Source: Candidatus Ozemobacteraceae bacterium (GTDB taxonomy: Bacteria > Muiribacteriota > Ozemobacteria > Ozemobacterales > Ozemobacteraceae). From it: 64,000 nt of DNA. The stretch spans positions 2,080,001 through 2,144,000 of the forward strand of contig OZ223236.1 in assembly GCA_965140445.1 (NCBI GenBank), read 5' to 3'. Below are positions 44,270 through 54,159 of this stretch, one piece after another. Numbering within the stretch: position 1 is the first letter of the stretch; every line of letters begins with the position of its first letter. Made by a program: the position numbers and the translations under genes. The notes beneath the pieces are model-generated. The model was not told the DNA's origin and did not search any database. It worked only from the letters and a program-made list of their open reading frames with translations.

Positions 44270-46345
44270 GTGATGACCAGGATTTTTAAAGGACTCTTTT
44301 ATCTTTTCGTTTTTCTTTCCATCCTTCTCCCTGTATCAGGAGAGGACGGAGAGTCTTTGCTACTTAAAAAGTCAAAGATTCTTGTGGAAAAGGGCGTCAA
44401 AGCTGAAAAGCGAGGGGAAATTGAAGAGGCGGTTGCCTCATTTGAAGAAGCATACAACGTATATCCAAAAAATATTCTTCCCCTACTATTGTGGGGGAAG
44501 ACTTTATGTAACGTTGGTATGTTCGAAAGAGCTGAAGAGCTTCTAAAAAAAATCCCATTAGATAAACTGCCTCCGGCAGGGCAATCTGAAGTTCATATGC
44601 TATTAGCTCGAATAGATGTGGCTTCAAATAATATAGAAAGCGCAGCTTTCTCTTATTCTAACGCTTTAAAAGCAAATAAGAAAAATGATTCCGCAAGAGT
44701 CAGATTGGCAATGATTAATCAGATCTTGCGCCTTGATTCCAGGGCAGAAGAGCTTCTGGCTGATTATGAGGATTTTGTCGGGTTATCATTTAAAGACCAA
44801 CTATTGGCGTATTTTATTGATGTAAGACAGGGAAATCTGGGAAGAGCTTTTTCTTCTGCGGGCGAGCTCTGTTCAAAAATGAATGAAAAGATTTATGTGG
44901 AAGAACAAAAACCATTCCTTTTAGCTCTATGGCGTATTCAGCCGGTTACATTCCTTGTAAATCTTCCCCTGGCAATAAGTGGAATCCTGGCAATGATTTA
45001 TTTTGTATCAATCTTAGCCGGATTAGTATTTTTAGCCTCCAGACTATCAAGCTCAACTGCTTTGTGGCATGACTTTGCATTTATTCTGGCCGGAACGGCT
45101 TTCTTTTTGGTAACTCAACATTTTTCGGCTGATAGTGCTTTTAAAGCAGCGTTATTAGACGATTTTTCTCCGAATGACAGTTTATGGATTTTTCCAAGAC
45201 TGCTAATCAGCGCAAATCTTATTACAATAGCTCTTTACGCAGTGTTTCCAATGTTTCGATTGTTACCGGAAGAGCTCAGACCCAGGCGTTATGAGTATTA
45301 TGGAGTTTGGTTCTTTTGCTTTTGGTTCACCATTCTAGTTCTTTCATACCAAAGTAGAATGATGTTTTCCACAAGAATGATTTATATCTCTGTAAGCCTT
45401 TTTATGGCTGGGCTTACTTCCTTTATTATTCCTCTTGGAAGATTTCTGTTATACAAAATCTCTATGGTTTTTGGCTTTGGACAAGTTGGTGAGATTAGTG
45501 GAACAGATTTGCGAAAGAAGAAAGATATTAGCTTTACTGATGCAAAGATTTTGGAGACAAAATGCTGGAAATTGATACATCAGGAAGATTTTGATGAAGT
45601 AATTTTTACTGGCCGTAGAGTTCTTGGTACTCTGGATAAAAAGAATTTTCCTTCTCTATGGAAGGCGATGATATTTGCTTTTGTGCAGAAAGAAGACTTT
45701 TTTGAGGCACAGAAATGGGTTTCAGATTACGAAAAGAGTTTTGCTAATTCATCGTTGCTGGAGTCCGGGCAGCTTTTTAATGCTTATATAAAAGCTTTTT
45801 TGGGAGATTTTGCTGCAGCATTGAAAATAATAAGGGCAATGTCTGATGTTAGAATTAAGTCTTTTAACAACGATGAAACTGCCATTTGCTTATTAACTCT
45901 GGGGAGATGTGATCTGGCATATAAGGAGCACGTACAGGCGCACATTGATTTAACCAAGGCGTTCGATTGTGCAAAGCTCCCCTTGATTAAGGCTGAAGCG
46001 CTTTTTGAACTAGCTGAATTGGATTTTCGAATGAATTCGGAAGAAGCCGTTAAAAAATGGGTTGAAAAGAGTCGCGAAATAAAAGGTGGAGCAAAAACTA
46101 ATTCTCTCAACCTCTCTGTAGAATCAATTGGGGCATTTACAGCTCAAGATCCGGTGAAAGCTATTGAATTTGCTGAGAAAGCTTCTGATAATAAGATAAA
46201 GAACAGTAGGGCAACATATTGGCATGGCCATATGCTTTGTATGTTAAAAAGAGCGGGCGAAGCCGAAGTGCTTATGCAAACAATGACTGCTGGAACTTAT
46301 GATTCGAATCGCTTAATGGAAGAAGTAACAGGAACGCCTTCCTGA
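44270..46345 (+). CDS. TPR-containing polytopic membrane protein
   Basis: Signal-like N-terminus, a TPR block, about five TM helices, then a second TPR-like block. Confidence 0.75.
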   Translation: MMTRIFKGLFYLFVFLSILLPVSGEDGESLLLKKSKILVEKGVKAEKRGEIEEAVASFEEAYNVYPKNILPLLLWGKTLCNVGMFERAEELLKKIPLDKLPPAGQSEVHMLLARIDVASNNIESAAFSYSNALKANKKNDSARVRLAMINQILRLDSRAEELLADYEDFVGLSFKDQLLAYFIDVRQGNLGRAFSSAGELCSKMNEKIYVEEQKPFLLALWRIQPVTFLVNLPLAISGILAMIYFVSILAGLVFLASRLSSSTALWHDFAFILAGTAFFLVTQHFSADSAFKAALLDDFSPNDSLWIFPRLLISANLITIALYAVFPMFRLLPEELRPRRYEYYGVWFFCFWFTILVLSYQSRMMFSTRMIYISVSLFMAGLTSFIIPLGRFLLYKISMVFGFGQVGEISGTDLRKKKDISFTDAKILETKCWKLIHQEDFDEVIFTGRRVLGTLDKKNFPSLWKAMIFAFVQKEDFFEAQKWVSDYEKSFANSSLLESGQLFNAYIKAFLGDFAAALKIIRAMSDVRIKSFNNDETAICLLTLGRCDLAYKEHVQAHIDLTKAFDCAKLPLIKAEALFELAELDFRMNSEEAVKKWVEKSREIKGGAKTNSLNLSVESIGAFTAQDPVKAIEFAEKASDNKIKNSRATYWHGHMLCMLKRAGEAEVLMQTMTAGTYDSNRLMEEVTGTPS

Positions 46346-46369
46346 ATCAGGATTTTATAGTTAATTTCT

Positions 46370-48487
46370 ATGTCAGAAGGAACTGAAGAAAATACTAAGA
46401 GTTTAAAAGAACGTTTGCCGGACGTGCTGGGGCTACTGGGAAGCGTGGTTGTTATATTTATTGCTTATCTGGTTTTCACTAATAAGATCCCAAAAAAATT
46501 TACTTCGTATTTTTCTTATTTCTATTTGTTTGCACTTTTTGGAGTCCTTGGCATACTCGGGGAAAAGCTTGCTACTACTCTTTTATCTTTCCTCCTGCCG
46601 CTTGCATTAGGCGGGGCCACTTTAGCCTTAAAGTTTAAACCGACAAAATACCCTATTCAAGATTGGTGGGAACAATATTCAATCTTGGTTCTTCTATCTG
46701 CTGGATTTCTTATATTTTTGTTTTTTAAGGCAGAACAGCGAGGGGCTATGCCTGAGGGAGAGGGAAGTAATATTGGGTCCGATGGAAATTTTAAAACCCG
46801 TGTAGATCCTAAAGCCGCCCAGAAATACAGGGAGGATATGGCCAAGAAAAATAAAGCCAAAGGGGATGTTATGGATAACGCCTTAGGTAAAGGCGGAGAG
46901 GCCAAACCAGACGAAGAGGGTGAAAAGCAGGAGGGCGAAGAAGATAAACCTGAAGAACCTCTCGAAACTGCTGAAGAACGCATGGAAAGAGAAATGCGTC
47001 AAATAAAGGAAGAATTCAGCAAAAGATCTATGAAGTTGACAACAACTTTGATGAGGATTAAAAACCTCGCTAAAAGTCTTGATAGAGATCAGATTTTCAC
47101 AAACATAGTTGAAATTATCGCCAAGGGCATTGATGCAACAAAGGTTCACTTGCTCCTAAACAACGAAAAGGATGGAACCCTGATTTGTGTTAAAGCCGTT
47201 GGTTTAAAACCCAAAGAATATAGAGAAATAGTGGTGCCTCATGAAGAAAACAGCATGATCACTCATCTGCTTCGTCAAAGAATGAATGAAGTTACTGGCG
47301 GGGCAGGAGCTTTGGGGATTAAGGAATGCGAGCTTGATCCAAAAACAAAAGGGTTGATAGGGCAGGGCGTTCTTAAAACAACAATTGCAGCCCCAATTTA
47401 TGCCGAAGGAAAGCTATTTGCGATAATTAATGTTGAACAGATGAATAATCCTGATTATACGCGGGATGATCAAAACCTCTTGGCCACATGTGCTGATATT
47501 GCCGGTCTGGTTATGAAAAATGCAAAATTGTATTCTGCAACTATGGATGACCTGGTTTCTGCGCAAAAATTGAGTGAAGATCACTTAAAGAAAAATGAAG
47601 AGTTAAAAGGAAGTTTGGCGCGAATCGTTTCGCCAAGTGTTGCTGAAATGATCATGTCCGATCCTTCAGGACTGAAACTTGGAGGAAGCAAATGTGAAGT
47701 TACAATGTTTTTCTCCGATATTCGTGGTTTTACAAAAATGTCAGAAAACATGGATCCAACTGACATTGTAGAACAGCTGAATGTTTATTTCACAAGAATG
47801 ACGGATATTTTGATGGAGTTAGATGGAACTCTTGATAAATACGTTGGAGATGAGTTGATGGCCTTGTTTGGTGCTCCTGTTGCCAGGCCAGATGACCCTT
47901 TAAGGGCTGTTCTTTGTGGTGTGCGTATGCTTGAGGCTTTAAGAGAGCTTCAGGCCATGTGGGAGAAGGAAGGTAAGCCAGTTATCACAATTGGACTGGG
48001 AATTAATACTGGAGTCGTTACTGCTGGATACATGGGCAGTGAAAAGCAGCTTTCTTATACAGTTATCGGAGATAATGTTAACCTTGCGGCTCGTGTTATG
48101 TCCGTCGCAAAGGGAATGGAACTTTTTATTACCAGATCAACCTATGAAGCGGTTAAGGATTATTTCGATATAGAGCAGCGAGAGTCCATTATGGTTAAAG
48201 GTAAATCAATGCCGATTGAGATCTTTGATGTAAAAGGTATTAAGGCGGGAGTTGATCTTGGAGAGCTTATTCAGTCTGGAGTTGGCAGCGTTGTAAAGTC
48301 TCAGGAAAAAGAACAGTCAAAAAATGAAGCAACACCTGTAAGAGTTGAGCCTAAAATGTCCGAAGAGGATATGAAGCAAAATATTCAAATTGATGATAAG
48401 CCAAAGGTAATTGAGTGTCAGAATTGTGGTGTTGAAAATGATATGCAGGAAAAATTCTGCACCAAATGCGGTATGCCAATCTTCTAA
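46370..48487 (+). CDS. Class III adenylate cyclase (about 4 TM-GAF-cyclase-zinc ribbon)
   Basis: FFSDIRGFT, DKYVGDELMA, GINTG, YTVIGDNVNLAARV, VKGK. GAF-like segment (IAAPIY...GKLFAIINV) and terminal CQNCG...FCTKCG. Confidence 0.92.
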   Translation: MSEGTEENTKSLKERLPDVLGLLGSVVVIFIAYLVFTNKIPKKFTSYFSYFYLFALFGVLGILGEKLATTLLSFLLPLALGGATLALKFKPTKYPIQDWWEQYSILVLLSAGFLIFLFFKAEQRGAMPEGEGSNIGSDGNFKTRVDPKAAQKYREDMAKKNKAKGDVMDNALGKGGEAKPDEEGEKQEGEEDKPEEPLETAEERMEREMRQIKEEFSKRSMKLTTTLMRIKNLAKSLDRDQIFTNIVEIIAKGIDATKVHLLLNNEKDGTLICVKAVGLKPKEYREIVVPHEENSMITHLLRQRMNEVTGGAGALGIKECELDPKTKGLIGQGVLKTTIAAPIYAEGKLFAIINVEQMNNPDYTRDDQNLLATCADIAGLVMKNAKLYSATMDDLVSAQKLSEDHLKKNEELKGSLARIVSPSVAEMIMSDPSGLKLGGSKCEVTMFFSDIRGFTKMSENMDPTDIVEQLNVYFTRMTDILMELDGTLDKYVGDELMALFGAPVARPDDPLRAVLCGVRMLEALRELQAMWEKEGKPVITIGLGINTGVVTAGYMGSEKQLSYTVIGDNVNLAARVMSVAKGMELFITRSTYEAVKDYFDIEQRESIMVKGKSMPIEIFDVKGIKAGVDLGELIQSGVGSVVKSQEKEQSKNEATPVRVEPKMSEEDMKQNIQIDDKPKVIECQNCGVENDMQEKFCTKCGMPIF

Positions 48488-48540
48488 ACTGATTCTATTG
48501 ATTATTTATTGCTGAAACTTGAGTTTAATCTGGGGGAAAA

Positions 48541-49245
48541 ATGAATAAGAAATCTGCTGTAACTTTGGTTGCTGCCGCATATATACTAGGTTTTAACGGG
48601 GCTTGCGATGCTTTGTCATTAGAGGCGAAAGCAGCAATAGAAGATTTACGAATCAAGCTTGAAAATAAGCAGACAGAGGTCGATGTTGCCCCTGAAATGG
48701 TAGCTTATCGCCCAGGAGATAGTTTAAGAGCAGCTCTTAGAAGGCTTAGGAAAACTATTCATTCAGATGAAAAAAAGATTATAGAAGAGAAGAAAAACTT
48801 CTCCGGGCCAACTGTAATCACTCAGGTTTCTTTTTTAGATGAGGGCTATAAAGTTGGAAATCTCCTGGCACCAAAAATTGAAAAACTCAGAAAGCTAAGA
48901 CAAAACAATTCAATTGCGCCTACAGAGCAGGTTGTTCTTATGGATGAAGATACTGTCCAGCTAACTGAAAAGACTATAACAGAAGAAAAACAGTCTTTGA
49001 ATAATTCTGAAACTTCAGAGAAAGAAGTTAAATCAGAAAAGGTCGAAAAAACTGAAAAATTGGTCAGATTAGAGAATAAAGCCAGTAATAGCAAAATAGA
49101 AAGCTTGAAAAAATCAATTTTGAATACTGAAGAGAATTCATTACCTAAAAGACCAGGAAAATCTTCTCAGGATAAAGAATTCAACGCAGATATTCGCAGA
49201 TACGAATTTAAAATGCCGGAAAACTATAGAATTATTGTTAGATAA
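48541..49245 (+). CDS. Hypothetical exported protein
   Basis: Signal-peptide-like N-terminus, SD GGGGG and a Lys/Glu-rich low-complexity body. Confidence 0.65.
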   Translation: MNKKSAVTLVAAAYILGFNGACDALSLEAKAAIEDLRIKLENKQTEVDVAPEMVAYRPGDSLRAALRRLRKTIHSDEKKIIEEKKNFSGPTVITQVSFLDEGYKVGNLLAPKIEKLRKLRQNNSIAPTEQVVLMDEDTVQLTEKTITEEKQSLNNSETSEKEVKSEKVEKTEKLVRLENKASNSKIESLKKSILNTEENSLPKRPGKSSQDKEFNADIRRYEFKMPENYRIIVR

Positions 49246-49333
49246 TTAAATTTAGCCAATTATCGGAATATTTATACACTTTGCTTTGCATTTGCCCTTG
49301 ATTCAAAACTGAATTAAAAGGTAAATTGTATGC

Positions 49334-50380
49334 ATGAAAAATATTTTCGATTCTATTCCAAAATTTATCTGGCCATTTCTGATTTTTTTGGCAATCGGCG
49401 GAATTAGCCTATTTGTATTTTTTCCAGTTCAGGAGAAAGAAGAAGTTGCTTTACCCAAGCCACCAGAGCTTTTTTCTTCCAGCTATATACAAATTGGCAC
49501 CGGAAACCCTCTGGGGACTTACTTCCCTGTAGGAAAGATCTTAGCAGAATGGTTTAATAAACAGTTAAACGGCGGAAATGAGCTATTTAGATCTGTCGAA
49601 ACAAATGGATCTATTGGCAATATTGAGCTCTTAAATGAAAAAAGAATCAGCTTCTGCATGGCCGAGTGCAGAATTGGCTCAGAATTTTTTGAAAAAAAGA
49701 AAAAGTCTGAACTAAGAATAGTATGGCCCCTGTGGCCAGATGTAGTTCAGATTATATGTGCCTCCGAAACAACCCCAGACATTACAGAACTTGCGAACTT
49801 ACCAGGATTTCTTGGTCAGAAAAATTCTTCAACCTTTAGAACCTCAAGCGAGATTTTTTCAATTTTTGGAATTGATTGGAAAAAGAGTGAAACTAATATT
49901 CAAACTTCAATGGTTGTGGATTCTTTAAAGGATAGTGGGGTCGCTTTTGCAACCATTCAAGCGGGAATCCCAAATCTTACAGTAAGCGATGCTCTACTAT
50001 TTAATAACTGCAAGCTTTTAAGTTTTTCAGATGATCAGGTTAAGAGACTTTTATCTGAGAATCAGACATTTCAACCAGCGATTATACCTGAAGGATATTA
50101 CGGCGAGAATCAAAAAGAGATTCACACGGTTGGTATTCTTAATGCTTTTTTTTCCAATGCCACAGTCTCTGATAAAACAGTTGAAGACATAGTCGAGTTG
50201 CTTGTTAAAGGCGCTCCTTACCTGGAAATAAAGCATAAAGCAACCTCTGCTATTCCGACTAATCTATCAGAAGCTTATCAGCTAATGAAGGAAACAAAAA
50301 TTCCTATTCACCAAGGGACTTTAAATTATTTGAAGAGATCGGCACCAGAACTTTTCGAGGTGAAAAATGTCGATGAATAA
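49334..50380 (+). CDS. TAXI-family TRAP solute-binding protein
   Basis: IQIGTG.PLGTYFPVG, ETNGSIGNI.LL and C-terminal IPIHQG.L.YLK, with an N-terminal TM anchor. Confidence 0.85.
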   Translation: MKNIFDSIPKFIWPFLIFLAIGGISLFVFFPVQEKEEVALPKPPELFSSSYIQIGTGNPLGTYFPVGKILAEWFNKQLNGGNELFRSVETNGSIGNIELLNEKRISFCMAECRIGSEFFEKKKKSELRIVWPLWPDVVQIICASETTPDITELANLPGFLGQKNSSTFRTSSEIFSIFGIDWKKSETNIQTSMVVDSLKDSGVAFATIQAGIPNLTVSDALLFNNCKLLSFSDDQVKRLLSENQTFQPAIIPEGYYGENQKEIHTVGILNAFFSNATVSDKTVEDIVELLVKGAPYLEIKHKATSAIPTNLSEAYQLMKETKIPIHQGTLNYLKRSAPELFEVKNVDE

Positions 50381-52574
50381 TGGATTAAGTTCGATTTTTA
50401 AAGAATCAAATACCAACCACAGATCTTCCAGAAGCGGAATAATTATTTTTGTAGTACTTGGCGGAATTTTTGTTTTAACCATTCTTGTGCTTTCATATAA
50501 CCACCTGGTCAGAGGAAAGTTTAATGAACACCGTGAAATTTTAAACCATGTTCGTGGAATGAAAGTCGCCCAGTCGTTAGCCCGCTACGTTATTGATCAG
50601 CTAAAGTCAGATTTATCTGAACCATTAACCGGGGATACTAACCAGCCAGGAATGGTTTTGAGGGCTAAAGTTTTTCAGGAAAGTTCAATTAATAAGCTTT
50701 CCGATTCTTTAAATGACCTTTGGTTAAATGCTGGCGCGAAGCGTTCTGAGATTAAAGATTTGGTAAAAAGATTGATGGACATTTATCCGATGAAAGACGT
50801 TTCCGTAAATGTAAAAATTAGCTTTGCGGATGTAACAAGCTTGAAGGATCTTAAAAAGGGCAATGAATTTTTTCTCGATTTTGAAAAAGCTGGAAAAATG
50901 ATTGTTGAGTCTGAGGTTTCTATTGGACGTTCCGTTGAAAGATGGAAAGAAATTCGTCCCTTCCGCGTTATTGTACCATACCCGATGCCAATTACTAAAT
51001 TTACTGTTTATGTAAAAAATGCAACAACAGATCATGACCCGGAAAGGTTCAATACTGTTATGATTGAATCTGCATCTGCTGGGGTTGCACCTAATTCTCC
51101 AAGGCCAATCATTTTATATAATGGCTCTGCTGGAGGAAACTATAATAAAGAAAATAGTGACATCTGGAAGGAACGAGGATGGATTTATCTCGGTGGTTCC
51201 GATGTCTTTTTAAATCGTGCTGCTGGAGACAAGGAGTATGGACAGCGTTATCATTCATACTATCAGCCTTCGGACTTCCCAATTCCATTATTATTGCAGT
51301 TTAACGATTTTACTTCAGAAAAAGTTGGAACAAAGGACCTGGAAATAAAGGTTTCGAGGTGGGGTTTTTCCAATTCTTATATTAGTGGTAGTTTTGCAGA
51401 TTTCTGGAAAAAGATTTTATACAGTTCTCAGAAAGAGCATCCGCCGAAAAGTGAAAAGAAATGGTGGGGAAGCACTTGCCTGCATCTTTTTGGAAATTCA
51501 AAGACTGATCGAAGTATTACAAGGGTTTGTGGGAAAGTCTACGACCGATTTGTTGACATAGGATATCTGTTTCCCAAAGGTGGAGGAGAATCTCCTATTG
51601 GTGCTATTAATGGATTAAGTGAAAAGGATTTTGAAAAGTATTCCGGGAAAAAGAGAAACTGGTTTCCAACAAAGCTTAAAGACATTTCAAAATTTGCCCA
51701 AAAGGATACCTGGGTTGATCCTAATCTTGTTTGTGTTGCAGCTCCCGTTCAACAAAGACTAGGAGTTCCTGATCTTCAATGTATGGAAACTTTTTTTCAC
51801 AATATGCCTTATTCAGCGCCTTTGATGAGCCTTTCATACAACAAGATAATGAGCAAGACTCAGTATTGTTTGTATGATGAAACTTATAAAATGATCTCAC
51901 AGTATGAGAAAAATCCGCAGGATATCAGCATTCCACCAAAAGGCTTTATTCCAGCAACAACCGATTACAATTTTTATTCAAGTATTTTTGGCCGGGAAAT
52001 TAAAGAACTTAAGATTGATAAGATTGCGGATAATCCAAGTTTTGGAATGGAAAAAAGAGTTTGTTATGAGGTGGATTGCCAGGGAGATAACGCTTTTGAC
52101 ATTGTAAAAGAGGCGTTTTGTGGAAGAAATAATAATAGCTTTGATCTAAAAAATGCTGTGGTAAGGATTAAAACTTCTGGAACAGGATTTAAGTTTGGAA
52201 ACAAGCTAGGTACAAAGACAGGTGGGACATTTTTGGTAGACAGTGGAATTGAAATTGGCAAATTTGCAACTGTCCCATCAGAAACAGAAGCGCCAGTAGT
52301 TTTTATTGCGGAGCGAGGAAAAATTACAGTTAACAATTCTGGCAGTCAGCCTGCTTTGGGGTATTTTATTGCAATGGACCCGGTTAATGGTGAGGTTAAG
52401 CCAACTCATGAGAACCGACCTTTTAAATTGACTGGAGGAATTGCAGCAAATTCGTTCACCCCTGAACTTTTTAAAGCAGGTGGTGAGATTACTTATAACC
52501 AGGCCTTAGATCCAACATCCTTAGCGTTTGCTAAAAATCTTGGCATTGTTATTGGCCCATCTGGAGGGGACTGA
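50367..52574 (+). CDS. Large PilX/GspK-like minor pilin or tip protein
   Basis: Class III signal-like RSG|IIIFVVLGGIFVLTILVLSY without Glu5, as in PilX/GspK. It lies directly before two prepilins. Confidence 0.6.
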   Translation: MSMNNGLSSIFKESNTNHRSSRSGIIIFVVLGGIFVLTILVLSYNHLVRGKFNEHREILNHVRGMKVAQSLARYVIDQLKSDLSEPLTGDTNQPGMVLRAKVFQESSINKLSDSLNDLWLNAGAKRSEIKDLVKRLMDIYPMKDVSVNVKISFADVTSLKDLKKGNEFFLDFEKAGKMIVESEVSIGRSVERWKEIRPFRVIVPYPMPITKFTVYVKNATTDHDPERFNTVMIESASAGVAPNSPRPIILYNGSAGGNYNKENSDIWKERGWIYLGGSDVFLNRAAGDKEYGQRYHSYYQPSDFPIPLLLQFNDFTSEKVGTKDLEIKVSRWGFSNSYISGSFADFWKKILYSSQKEHPPKSEKKWWGSTCLHLFGNSKTDRSITRVCGKVYDRFVDIGYLFPKGGGESPIGAINGLSEKDFEKYSGKKRNWFPTKLKDISKFAQKDTWVDPNLVCVAAPVQQRLGVPDLQCMETFFHNMPYSAPLMSLSYNKIMSKTQYCLYDETYKMISQYEKNPQDISIPPKGFIPATTDYNFYSSIFGREIKELKIDKIADNPSFGMEKRVCYEVDCQGDNAFDIVKEAFCGRNNNSFDLKNAVVRIKTSGTGFKFGNKLGTKTGGTFLVDSGIEIGKFATVPSETEAPVVFIAERGKITVNNSGSQPALGYFIAMDPVNGEVKPTHENRPFKLTGGIAANSFTPELFKAGGEITYNQALDPTSLAFAKNLGIVIGPSGGD

Positions 52575-53017
52575 TGAATAGAAATGGTTTAAGTCTTCTT
52601 GAGATAATGATAGCAACTGGAATTCTTGTTGCAGCAATGGTTCCTCTTTGGGGGCTAATGGGTGCTTCTCATAAGCAGGTAACTATTTCTGCTGATGAGA
52701 TAAAAGTTAGTCAATTAGCACTTGAGATTATTGAACAGATTGAAAATAGCCAATGGACACCAGTTGAGGGAGAAATGAGTTTTTCTCCGGGAAGCAATTC
52801 ATCAATTAGTTTGGGTTCAAAAAGTAAAATTAATATTCAGATTGGTGAGTTTCCAGACTATTTGAAGTTAAAAGGTAAAGTAGAAATTTCTGGCTATCCA
52901 ACTGGAAAGCCAGATAAGGGAAAAATCGTTAATTTAAAGTTGTTTTATAATCCTAAAGAAAAGGTTGGAAAAGAAGATAAGGTATATTCTATTTCCACCT
53001 ATATCCCAGGTAAGTAA
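52574..53017 (+). CDS. Type IV prepilin-like protein (PilV/GspI-like)
   Basis: N-terminal cleavage/methylation motif RNG|LSLLEIMIA followed by a hydrophobic helix. Confidence 0.85.
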   Translation: MNRNGLSLLEIMIATGILVAAMVPLWGLMGASHKQVTISADEIKVSQLALEIIEQIENSQWTPVEGEMSFSPGSNSSISLGSKSKINIQIGEFPDYLKLKGKVEISGYPTGKPDKGKIVNLKLFYNPKEKVGKEDKVYSISTYIPGK

Positions 53018-53019
53018 AT

Positions 53020-53568
53020 ATGAAAAAGTTTAAAAAAGGTTTTACCTTAACCGAGCTATTAGTAAGCCTTGGAATTTTAACGCTGGTTGCGGGCGGGGTA
53101 ATTATAGCAATGACGCGTGGAGCTTCCAATGTGCACCGTGGTAGTTTCAATGCTCAGGCTTCAAATCAATCTGCATGGATACTTACTCTTTTGCGCAAAG
53201 ATATTGGACGCTCATCAATTGATAGAATTGATTTTAAACCGGATGATGGTATCAAATGGACTGGCGTGGAACCATTCAAAATTGTTTTAAATAGTGGGAA
53301 ACTTGTTGAATATAAAATCGTTAAAAGAGGAAAAGGAAAAGCATTGTTGAGAGATGAAAAAGATGTTCAACAGCAATTTCTGGCTGCTGAGTTTCTTGAT
53401 ACTGTTTCAATTGAAAAAGCTGGAAATTCCTTTAAGGTAGATCTTTTACTTAAAGATCCTGAAAAGAAATCTCGGAATTTTTCCTGGAATGGCCGAATTT
53501 ATCCGCCTGTTCCTGAAGCTATTGATAAATACTGGAAACCTTTTTCAGAAATCAAAAAGGGAATTTGA
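53020..53568 (+). CDS. Type IV prepilin-like protein (PilW/GspJ-like)
   Basis: KKG|FTLTELLVSLGIL motif. Confidence 0.9.
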   Translation: MKKFKKGFTLTELLVSLGILTLVAGGVIIAMTRGASNVHRGSFNAQASNQSAWILTLLRKDIGRSSIDRIDFKPDDGIKWTGVEPFKIVLNSGKLVEYKIVKRGKGKALLRDEKDVQQQFLAAEFLDTVSIEKAGNSFKVDLLLKDPEKKSRNFSWNGRIYPPVPEAIDKYWKPFSEIKKGI

Positions 53569-54159
53569 ATGAAAAACTATTTTAATACTAGTTTCCTTGC
53601 AATAATATTGATTTTCTCATGCTTGTTTACATCTGGCTGTGGTTCCAGATACAGATATTATTCAACTAAGAAAAATGCTGAAAAAGCTTTAATGGAAAAT
53701 GATCTCGAGACTGCGAAGAAGCTTTTTGCGGTTATTTATAATAACGAGTCAAAATCAGAAAAGAGAGAAAGCTCTAGAATTAATTGGGCTTATTACCGTT
53801 TAGGTGTTGTTCATGAACTCCTCAATGAATCTAAGCTGGCAAAAGGCTATTACTGGGGAGATTCGATTGAAAAAGGTTTTTATGATGAAACCCTGGATAT
53901 TGCATGGTGGGCAGAGACTGGCTGGAAAATTATGGATGAAGGAAAAACTTCACGGAGTCTTCCAGAAATTTTGGAATTGGAAAAAAAGCGAAGACCCACT
54001 TCTGTAGTCAGAAAAGCAGATAAAAAGAGGGTGTATAAGCCACGAAAAAGGGCTAATGTGGCGACCTTTGATGATGGGCATAAGAGGACCAGGGTCTTTG
54101 ACAGATCCCTTACTCCTCCTAATCCCAATTCACCAGAGCCATTTAGGGTTTACTACTAG
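53569..54159 (+). CDS. Lipoprotein with TPR-like helices
   Basis: Lipobox TSGC and TPR-like AYYRLGVVHE. The ATG directly follows the upstream stop. Confidence 0.7.
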   Translation: MKNYFNTSFLAIILIFSCLFTSGCGSRYRYYSTKKNAEKALMENDLETAKKLFAVIYNNESKSEKRESSRINWAYYRLGVVHELLNESKLAKGYYWGDSIEKGFYDETLDIAWWAETGWKIMDEGKTSRSLPEILELEKKRRPTSVVRKADKKRVYKPRKRANVATFDDGHKRTRVFDRSLTPPNPNSPEPFRVYY

